From Microcoleaceae cyanobacterium (GTDB lineage Bacteria > Cyanobacteriota > Cyanobacteriia > Cyanobacteriales > Microcoleaceae), in NCBI GenBank assembly GCA_051652765.1, contig JBOFUV010000002.1, forward strand, positions 1 to 29,388: a stretch of DNA of 29,388 bases, given 5' to 3'. Made by a program: the position numbers and the translations under genes. Positions within the stretch are counted from its first letter, which is position 1, and each line of letters starts with the position of its first letter. Below the pieces are notes generated by a model. The model searched no databases. It saw nothing but the letters and a program-made list of their open reading frames with translations, and was not told where the DNA came from. Shown piece after piece: positions 8,885-16,189 of the stretch.

Positions 8885-10747
8885 ATGGCAACAATCATTG
8901 AAGATTTCCTCGCTAAATCCTTATCTGAAGCAGATTTGCGTCCCAGAGGGCGGGTGTTTCCCAGTCCGATTAGCTGGAATGACCAGATTTTGTACCAGCT
9001 TTTACCCGATCGTTTTAGCGATGGCCAGGAATCTCAACGTCCTCTATATGATCGCACCAACTCTGCCCCATTCCAGACAAGTCACAAAGCCTCTTGGATG
9101 GCAGCCGGAAACAAGTTTAATGGCGGAACCCTGAAAGGTATTGAAAGCAAACTGGACTATCTACAGAATTTAGGGGTTACCACCGTTTGGATTAATCCGC
9201 CCTGGAAGCAACGCATCGATTTACAGACCTACCATGGATACGGCATTCAGGATTTTCTGGACATCGACCCCCGGTTTGGCACCCGACAGGATCTGCGAGA
9301 TTTGGTAGATGCGGCCCATGACCGGGGTATGTACGTAATTCTAGATGTAATATACAACCACAGTGGCAGTAATTGGTTCTACCGGGATGAAACCGATGGC
9401 AGCCCGAAAGAGACAATGCCCTATCGCTTCTCACCCCCCTATGGGATTCATGGCTGGCGCTCAGCTCAAGGGGAAAGCCTCCCCGAGCCTGGATCAAGGA
9501 ATGATGGTGTGTTTCCTGAAGAATTTCAAAATCCAGACTGGTACAACCGGGCTGGGATGATTACTCACTGGGAAGCGAATAGCTGGGAAGACCCGATGAA
9601 CCCATTGGTTGAATTTCGCCGGGGCGACTTTTTTGAACTACGAGACTTCAACCTAGATCGACCGGAAGTCATTGCGGCCTTGGCCCAAGTGTTTGAGTAC
9701 TGGATTGCCTTAAGTGACTGTGATGGTTTTCGGGTCGATGCCGTGAAGCATGTTTCTCCCCAAGCCTCCCGTCAGTTCTGTGATGCCATTCACGGTTATG
9801 CCCAATCAATTGGAAAAGATAACTTTTTGCTGGTTGGTGAACTCACCGATGACAGTATGGTGCGCGCTTATCTGGATATCTTTGGACGCAAGCTAGATGC
9901 AGTGCTGGATATTGTGGTTGCACCGAACCGCTTAACTTCAGTAGCTCAGGGGTTGGCCCATCCAGGGGAATTCTTCGGTCTATATGATGACAAAACCCTG
10001 GCTGGTGGCCAACGTCAATTGGGAACCTATCATGTTACTGTGATCGATGACCACGATATGTCATCTCGCCCCCGCAAAGAACGGTTTGCTGCCCATAGTA
10101 GTGCACTGCCCCATCGCTATGAGCAAGCGGCTCATGGGGTAAGCATCGTCCTGACCATGCCGGGAATTCCTTCGATTTACTACGGAACTGAACAAGCATT
10201 TGATGGCTCCCAGGACTCTCATGACTATGGCATTGAGCCAAAACATGAATTTATTGATCGCTATATTCGAGAATGCATGTTTGGTGGCAAGTTTGGAGCG
10301 TTTGAAACGGAAGGATGTCACTTCTTTGACGCGAACCATCCTACCTATCTTCGGATAGCGGCGATCGCCCGCATTCGCAATCGCCAAGATTGCATCGGCA
10401 AAGCCCTGCGTCGGGGACATCACTATTTGCGAGAAACCTCATTTTTAGATCGTCCTTTTGCCATTCCCCCAGCCGGAGAAGTCGTTGCCTGGTCTCAGGT
10501 GCTCTACATCTATGAAGTGTTGATGGCCCTGAATACCCATGGTTTGGAGAGTCGGGGGGGAATGATTACAGTCGGTCGCTCCATCCATCCCCCAGGTTCC
10601 AAGATGACAGTGCTCTATAGAAGTGATTGGAGTGATGAACAGCTACGGCATCCTCCTGAAACTGAAACCTTTCCCGTGCAGGAATGCCAGGGACGAGCGG
10701 TGGTGCGAGTTGATTTGCCCCCGTCTGGCATGGTGATCTTAGCCTAG
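8885..10747 (+). CDS. Alpha-amylase family (GH13) glycoside hydrolase, cytoplasmic
   Basis: YQLLPDRF, GGTLKGI, YHGY, DVIYNH, DGFRVDAVKH (nucleophile), VGE (acid/base), IDDHD, PSIYYGTEQ. No signal peptide. Confidence 0.93.
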   Translation: MATIIEDFLAKSLSEADLRPRGRVFPSPISWNDQILYQLLPDRFSDGQESQRPLYDRTNSAPFQTSHKASWMAAGNKFNGGTLKGIESKLDYLQNLGVTTVWINPPWKQRIDLQTYHGYGIQDFLDIDPRFGTRQDLRDLVDAAHDRGMYVILDVIYNHSGSNWFYRDETDGSPKETMPYRFSPPYGIHGWRSAQGESLPEPGSRNDGVFPEEFQNPDWYNRAGMITHWEANSWEDPMNPLVEFRRGDFFELRDFNLDRPEVIAALAQVFEYWIALSDCDGFRVDAVKHVSPQASRQFCDAIHGYAQSIGKDNFLLVGELTDDSMVRAYLDIFGRKLDAVLDIVVAPNRLTSVAQGLAHPGEFFGLYDDKTLAGGQRQLGTYHVTVIDDHDMSSRPRKERFAAHSSALPHRYEQAAHGVSIVLTMPGIPSIYYGTEQAFDGSQDSHDYGIEPKHEFIDRYIRECMFGGKFGAFETEGCHFFDANHPTYLRIAAIARIRNRQDCIGKALRRGHHYLRETSFLDRPFAIPPAGEVVAWSQVLYIYEVLMALNTHGLESRGGMITVGRSIHPPGSKMTVLYRSDWSDEQLRHPPETETFPVQECQGRAVVRVDLPPSGMVILA

Positions 10748-10753
10748 CCAAAA

Positions 10754-10818
10754 CGACTGAGGTGGCTTTTCTCTATGCAAGCATATCGACCGCTTGCCTA
10801 CTGGGGGCTCCTCAGACG
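10754..10818 (+). other. Extended stem-loop just after the GH13 stop codon
   Basis: Nested pairings cgactgagg/cctcagacg, ggctttt/gggggct (G-U rich) and gcaagc/gcttgc. No U-tract. Confidence 0.5.
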
Positions 10819-11122
10819 AAGTATCCCAGGCAGAAAGATCAGCATTTGTCTGTTTCCTTGAATTGAAACTGTTGGTAGCCCTAAACGGTAATGATGTTTT
10901 GTGGGGGACGAAATCTCTCTTAAGGGGACAGTGCCCCCTGACCCTCACTCATCTTGACTATCAGACCGCTACCAAACGGTTAAATGTTGTGGCAATTTCA
11001 ATTGTAGTGAGATACGAGGGGGTTTGGGGACTTCTTCCCTAAGCAGGGGAGCGCTCCTGCATCCCACTTATCAGTGCCTCAATTGCGTAGAAAATGTTGT
11101 AACTAACCAAAAGGAGTTAAAA

Positions 11123-12298
11123 ATGTCCAGGAACTTACTCGATCAGCTCAGGGAAGTGACCGTTGTGGTCGCCGATACCGGAGATCTTCAAGCCATCAAG
11201 AAATTTGCTCCCCGAGATGCCACAACCAACCCTTCCTTGATTGCGACAGCGGCTCAGATGCCGGAATATCGAGAGATTGTGGATGAGACACTAATCCAAG
11301 CTAAGCAGGATTCTGGCTCAGGCGCAACTGAAGCGGAGATTATATCCTTAGCCTTTGCCCGTCTGGCAGTCTCCTTTGGCAAAAGGATTCTGGACATTGT
11401 GCCGGAGCGTGTTTCTGTCCAGGCTGATCCGCGCCTATCTCATGATACTGAGGCCACCATCAAGCAAAGCCGCTATCTGCTCTCTGAATTTGAAAAGGCA
11501 GGAGTTCCCCGCGAGCGGATTATGATCAAAATTGCATCGACCTGGGAGGGTATTTGTGCTGGCAAAATTTTAGAAGCAGAAGGCATTCAGTGCAATATGA
11601 CGCTGCTGTTTGGGATTCATCAGGCGATCGCCTGCGCCGAAATTAAGGCCACACTCATCTCCCCCTATGTCGGACGCATTTTTGACTGGTACGTTAAAGA
11701 AACAGGTAAGCAGTACGAGGGAGCTGATGATCCGGGTGTTCAGTCTGTTACACGGATCTACAACTATTACAAAAAATTTGGCTACTCAACGGAAGTCATG
11801 GGAGCGAGCTTCCGTAATATTAGTGAAATTGTTGAACTAGCGGGCTGTGACCTGCTGACCATTTCCCCTAAACATCTGGCCCAGTTGGAAGAAACAACTG
11901 GAGAATTGACCCGCAAGCTGGATGCTGGTAAGGCTGCTACCCTGGAGATTGAAAAAATTTCTATTGACAAAGCCGCCTTTGACCAGATGCACACCAGCGA
12001 TCGCATGGCATCTGAAAAGCTGGCTGAAGGCATCAAAGGGTTTAGTAAATCTCTAGAATCCCTAGAAAAATTCCTGGCCAATCGTCTAGCTCAACTAGAA
12101 GGGGGTGCCAAAGTCGGCACTGCGGCCACCGATATTTTTTCCGCTTACGACCTAGACGGGGATGGCTTCATCACTCGCGAAGAATGGATGGGATTAGATG
12201 CTGTATTTGATGCTCTTGACCTAGATGGCGACGGTAAGATCACGCCCGAAGAAATCGGCGCAGGGCTGGGAGCTACCCTGGAGATGGCAGGCATCTAA
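11123..12298 (+). CDS. tal: Transaldolase-family protein (TalB type with two C-terminal EF-hands) carrying FSA-type active-site residues
   Basis: AAGGAG RBS before the ATG at 11123. VVADTGD, DATTNPSLI, Schiff-base Lys in IKIASTWEG, CNMTLLF, MGASFRN. EF-hands DLDGDGFITREE and DLDGDGKITPEE. Atypical VSVQADPRLS and ISPYVGRI. Confidence 0.92.
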   Translation: MSRNLLDQLREVTVVVADTGDLQAIKKFAPRDATTNPSLIATAAQMPEYREIVDETLIQAKQDSGSGATEAEIISLAFARLAVSFGKRILDIVPERVSVQADPRLSHDTEATIKQSRYLLSEFEKAGVPRERIMIKIASTWEGICAGKILEAEGIQCNMTLLFGIHQAIACAEIKATLISPYVGRIFDWYVKETGKQYEGADDPGVQSVTRIYNYYKKFGYSTEVMGASFRNISEIVELAGCDLLTISPKHLAQLEETTGELTRKLDAGKAATLEIEKISIDKAAFDQMHTSDRMASEKLAEGIKGFSKSLESLEKFLANRLAQLEGGAKVGTAATDIFSAYDLDGDGFITREEWMGLDAVFDALDLDGDGKITPEEIGAGLGATLEMAGI

Positions 12299-12323
12299 TT
12301 GCAGAAATGAACTGACCGGGAAG

Positions 12324-12361
12324 AGGGGAGGCGACCTAGCAGCTTTCACCTAGCCTCCCCT
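12324..12361 (+). terminator. GC-rich hairpin after tal (terminator or mRNA stabiliser)
   Basis: aggggaggc ... gcctcccct inverted repeat with no clear U-tract. Confidence 0.45.
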
Positions 12362-12401
12362 TCACCAAGCCCATCCACAAACAATCTGGATTTAGATCCC
12401 A

Positions 12402-12738
12402 ATGAGCTTAACTCTATATTGTCTCCGTCACGGGGAAACTCCTTATAGTCAGACAGGGGCTTACCGCAGTAGAAGTTGTAAGTCGTGCCCTATTGGTTCT
12501 AGCAGAGATTAAGGCCAAATTCTCGGCTGGCAATATCCTGATCGTCTCCCATAAGACGACGATTCGGATTATTCTTTGTAATCTACTGGGGATCGATTTA
12601 GGTCGCTATCGAGATCGTCTGGAAATGCGAGTAGCTTCAGTAAGTGTCATCAGGTTCAGTTCTTATGGCCCTTTGCTCCAACGCCTAGGCGATCGCACTT
12701 ACCTGAATGAAGCATTGCAAGACCGCCAGGAGGCTTAA
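12402..12738 (+). pseudogene. Histidine phosphatase (phosphoglycerate-mutase-like) pseudogene with internal deletion and frameshift
   Basis: ATG 12402 gives MSLTLYCLRHGETPYSQTGAY (RHG motif). At about 12463 the sequence switches frame to TAVEVVSRALLVLAEI...NILIVSHKTTIR (second catalytic His motif). The middle of the domain is absent. Confidence 0.85.
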
Positions 12739-12858
12739 TGAATTACTCAACAGGAAACTAGAAACTAAAAATTAGTCCCGCAAAAAGGATATAACTTTGA
12801 GTTGAGATAGAGCTGTTGAACTCTACCAGATATTATTGTTAGTAATGGAAGATTAGTC

Positions 12859-13968
12859 ATGATTAAAACCACCATTTTTCCAGGACGCTATGTTCAGGGG
12901 AAGGACGCTAGAAAAAAGCTCAGCCAAGAGTTATCTCGGTATGGAGCTAAGGGACTACTCATCTGCGATTCCTTTGTGTACGAGAAGATCCTCCCGGATT
13001 TCGAACCTTATATGCAGGATGGAATCCAGGTTGTTGTCGAAAAATTCGATGGTGAGTCTTCAGATGAAGAAATTAATCGTTTGCTCCTTGCAGTTCATCA
13101 AGCACAGGCTCATTTCATCGTTGGATTAGGGGGTGGCAAAGCCATAGATACTGCTAAGGCAGTGGCCCATGGAGCCAAACTACCCGTTGTTATTGTCCCC
13201 ACGCTTGCTGCCAGCGATGCCCCCTGTAGTGCTGTGTCTGTCATCTATACTCCCGAGGGTGAGTTCAAGCGCTACTTACTCATGCCTCAGAACCCGAATC
13301 TGGTATTGATGGACACACAGATTGTGACTAATGCACCGATACGCTTTCTGATTGCTGGCATGGGGGATGCCCTTGCCACTTGGTTTGAAGCAGAATCCTG
13401 CATGAGAAAATATGCTCCTAATATGACTGGAGACCTGGGATCTATGTCAGCCTATTCATTGGCCAAGCTGTGCTACGACACGCTGATGGAATACGGGTTA
13501 GCTGCAAAAACAGCCTGTATAAATCATGTAGTAACCCCTGCCCTAGAGCGGATTGTTGAAGCGAATACGCTGCTCAGTGGTATCGGCTTTGAGAGTGCGG
13601 GGCTAGCCGCTGCCCACGCTATCCATAACGGCATGACTGCACTTGAGCAAACTCATCCCTACTTCCACGGTGAGAAGGTTGCCTTTGGAACTCTAGCTTC
13701 GCTGTTTTTGACTGACAAGCCTACTGCAATCATCGACGAAGTTTACAGTTTCTGTGAGACAATTGGTTTGCCAACTACATTAGCTGAACTTGGACTAGGT
13801 GAAGTCAGTGATCAGGCGCTAATGAAAGTAGCCACAGCTTCATGCAAGCCGGGAGAGACTATGCACAATGAACCAACACCTGTGAATCCAGATATGGTAT
13901 TTTCGGCCCTTAAGGCAGCAGATGCAGAAGGGAAAAGCCGTCGCTCGATTCTAGCAAGTAGGTGCTGA
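12859..13968 (+). CDS. gldA: Glycerol dehydrogenase (family III metal-dependent polyol dehydrogenase)
   Basis: FPGRYVQG N-terminus, GLGGGKAIDTAK, PTLAASDAPCSA, GMGDALATWFEA, EANTLLSGIGFESAGLAAAHAIHNG, HGEKVAFG. Confidence 0.95.
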   Translation: MIKTTIFPGRYVQGKDARKKLSQELSRYGAKGLLICDSFVYEKILPDFEPYMQDGIQVVVEKFDGESSDEEINRLLLAVHQAQAHFIVGLGGGKAIDTAKAVAHGAKLPVVIVPTLAASDAPCSAVSVIYTPEGEFKRYLLMPQNPNLVLMDTQIVTNAPIRFLIAGMGDALATWFEAESCMRKYAPNMTGDLGSMSAYSLAKLCYDTLMEYGLAAKTACINHVVTPALERIVEANTLLSGIGFESAGLAAAHAIHNGMTALEQTHPYFHGEKVAFGTLASLFLTDKPTAIIDEVYSFCETIGLPTTLAELGLGEVSDQALMKVATASCKPGETMHNEPTPVNPDMVFSALKAADAEGKSRRSILASRC

Positions 13969-14078
13969 AATGCGACACGGTGCATCTCAGCAAATCGACT
14001 GGCTTGAGCAAGGGTAAGTTTTTCCTGTTGAAAGAGCATGATAGCGATTCCTTGACGTATTTCTGCCTCAGTCATGCG
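13950..14078 (-). pseudogene. UPF0175-family protein fragment
   Basis: MTEAEIRQGIAIMLFQQEKLTLAQASRFAEMHRVAFQHLLA is typical of cyanobacterial UPF0175 proteins. Both ends are missing and the fragment runs into the antisense strand of gldA. Confidence 0.7.
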
Positions 14079-14219
14079 GAACAGAGAGGTTTCTGGCTCA
14101 GTTGAGAGAGAGCTTGCACGGTCTGCACTGGCAGTTCTTTTGGCTGAGAGAAAGTAGGCGATGCTGGTCTTTTGGCAAAAACAGCAGAAGGTGATCCTAT
14201 CAGTGATGATCTCGCTTAC

Positions 14220-14410
14220 TTTGGGGAAGTGAATGCTTTGACATTTAGCCCCGATAGAACAATAGTTGCTAGTGGCGGTGACGATGGCAAAGTAAGACTG
14301 TAGGATGTAAAAAATAAAGCACAAATAAGTGAGTTATCGGGGCATGACAAGCCTGTGATGTCTATAAGCTATAGCTCCAACGGAAAATCACTAACTAGTA
14401 GCAGCAAAAT
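14220..14410 (+). pseudogene. WD40-repeat protein fragment
   Basis: FGEVNALTFSPDRTIVASGGDDGKVRL*DVKNKAQISELSGHDKPVMSISYSSNGKSLTSSS. The Trp of the WD dipeptide is a TAG at 14301. Confidence 0.85.
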
Positions 14411-14568
14411 TACCCTCATAAATAAGGGTGTGAGTCCCCAGCCCTTGGTCGCCTCCTAATCACACCGACAAACATCTCAATCAAAAGCAACAAGGAGAAT
14501 CGCAGCGATTGTGACCTACAACAAGACTTTTAAAACACCCTCTTCCCTAGATCTGCCGTGCTTGCAAA

Positions 14569-15015
14569 TTAGACAGATATTACCTGACTAGAGAGATCCT
14601 TGACCAACACCGACCACAGCCCCTCAATTTCAATAACTAGGTCAGGAGGCGGATCATTTCTCAGATCAATGTCTAACTTGCCTTGAACACGAGTTTCATT
14701 CTGAATGTAGAAACATTCATCAGCTTCCTTGCCCACTTGCTTCGGTCGCGATCGCCAAGTTGTTGACTTTAAGCCCCGGATCTCCAATCCCAATTCCTCT
14801 GAAAGAATCACGACTAACCTGGCCAACGTCCAACTGTAGGTTTCATGTTCGGGCAGCGGAGTCATGAGTTCAAGGGTTCCTTTGTAGTAGGTGAAGCGAG
14901 GGGTTGATCGCTCTGCAAAAATAGTTAAAAGTTGCTCATAAATTTCCCAACTGATATCGTGGAGAACTAGTCGAGAATTAGTTGAGTTTTGTAGTGGAGG
15001 AGTGACCTGAATCAT
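14569..15015 (-). pseudogene. Uma2 (DUF820) family endonuclease, 3'-truncated
   Basis: LHDISWE.Y...GTLELMTP.PEHE...EADECFYIQ...PPPDLVIEI, followed by unrelated sequence below about 14624. The C-terminal part is missing. Confidence 0.8.
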
Positions 15016-15129
15016 GTTGAGGGATGTCCCACTGGAATTTTTTTAAATTAAAGATGTCTTCGCAGATTCAGAATGAGATTAACTGAGATTAGGATCAAGA
15101 TCAAAGTCGGTAGGGATTGTTGCAAATTC

Positions 15130-15705
15130 TTACCAGATCAACTCAAAACTAAATACAAAACCGGGTAGGACTTCCTCGCCCGAGCCTGTAGCAGGAGAGT
15201 TTAAAATTTCAACGGCTTGTCCAGGTCGATAGATCTCAACGTTTTTCGCTTGGGTATCGATCAGCCAACCTAAACGAGTGCCATTTTCGATATATTCGGC
15301 CAGTTTCTCTTGAATTGTTGTGAGGCGATCGCTCGGAGACCGTAACTCAATAACAAAGTCGGGGCAGAGGGGTACGAACTTTTTTTGCTGTTCAGGGCTA
15401 AGAGCTTTCCAGGACTCTAGGTTCACCCAGGCTGCATCTGGCGAGCGATCCGCACCGTTGGGGAGCTTGAATCCAGTAGAGGAGTCGAAGGCAATTCCCA
15501 AATCTTGATGGTTACGGCTCCAGGCTTGCAACTGGTAAGCAATTTCAATATTCCGGTTACCCGTCTCTCCTCCGGTTGGTGTCATGATCACTACATCTCC
15601 GTTCGTATTCCGTTCAAATTTCAAGTCGCGATTGTTCTGGCAGAGTTGGAAAAATTGCTCGTCAGTTAATTCAATGGATTCCAGATTCAAGGTTAAGTTT
15701 GTCAT
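15130..15705 (-). CDS. Uma2 (DUF820) family endonuclease, intact
   Basis: FERN..G...IMTPTGGETG, FDSSTGF.LPNGADRSPDAAW, LCPDFVIELRS, EYIENG.RLGWLID. Confidence 0.93.
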   Translation of the reverse strand: MTNLTLNLESIELTDEQFFQLCQNNRDLKFERNTNGDVVIMTPTGGETGNRNIEIAYQLQAWSRNHQDLGIAFDSSTGFKLPNGADRSPDAAWVNLESWKALSPEQQKKFVPLCPDFVIELRSPSDRLTTIQEKLAEYIENGTRLGWLIDTQAKNVEIYRPGQAVEILNSPATGSGEEVLPGFVFSFELIW

Positions 15706-15742
15706 CTTGCTAATCTACTGCAGATTTTGAACGTACCCACTC

Positions 15743-16089
15743 TCACAATTGCTTCATTCTTTCATTCTCGCCTTTCTGCAAATCAACCTGGACAAAGTTA
15801 GTTAAATCTTTGACCGAAAACGTTCCAAAGGCCAGACTGGTTTCTGATTCAATATAGTCTTCATCTTCACGCAGAAGATAAATGGTTAATTCTCCCTCTT
15901 TCCAACACCAGACTTCTGGAATCTTTAATTCAGAATAAACTGCCATTTTATCAATTGAAGAATGAGTTAAGTCAATTTCAATAACTAGGTCAGGGGTGGA
16001 TCATTTCTTAGATCAATTTCTAACTTGCCGCGAACGCGAGTTTCATTCTGAATGTAGAAACATTAATCAGCTTCCTTGCCCACTTGCTT
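15743..16089 (-). pseudogene. Uma2 family endonuclease, C-terminal half with stop and frameshift
   Basis: KQVGKEAD*CFYIQ..., a 1-bp deletion near 15995, then DLVIEIDLTHSSIDKMAVYSELKIPEVW. The 5' half is missing. Confidence 0.8.
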
Positions 16090-16102
16090 GTTATAGTTCA
16101 TG

Positions 16103-16138
16103 AAAAAGGCAGAGATTTTCCAAATAAAACCTCTGCCT
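16103..16138 (-). terminator. Rho-independent terminator of chlH
   Basis: On the minus strand an aggcagag...ctctgcct stem is followed by a T-run, about 50 bp after the chlH stop. Confidence 0.75.
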
Positions 16139-16189
16139 CTGTTAAAGTTCCAATCAAGTTCAAATGATTAAGAACTCGTTCTGAAGAAA

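Larger units (their letters stand above)
14624..16089. repeat. Direct repeat of about 119 bp (14624-14742 and 15972-16089)
   Basis: tcaatttcaataactaggtcagg ... cagcttccttgcccacttgctt occurs twice, with about 7 substitutions and one indel by eye. Confidence 0.9.

Noticed and set aside
10852..10869. gtttc...aattgaaac resembling a CRISPR repeat end
   Set aside because: Single occurrence, no regularly spaced copies and no cas genes.
11005..11016. GTA...TAC possible NtcA box upstream of tal
   Set aside because: Spacing is N6, not the N8 required.
11024..11122. N-terminal extension of the transaldolase ORF
   Set aside because: The ATG at 11123 has an AAGGAG RBS and matches the usual TalB N-terminus; the extension runs through hairpin elements.
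13812..14324. 170-aa minus-strand ORF as a real gene
   Set aside because: It is a chimera of WD40 antisense, a UPF0175 fragment and gldA antisense.
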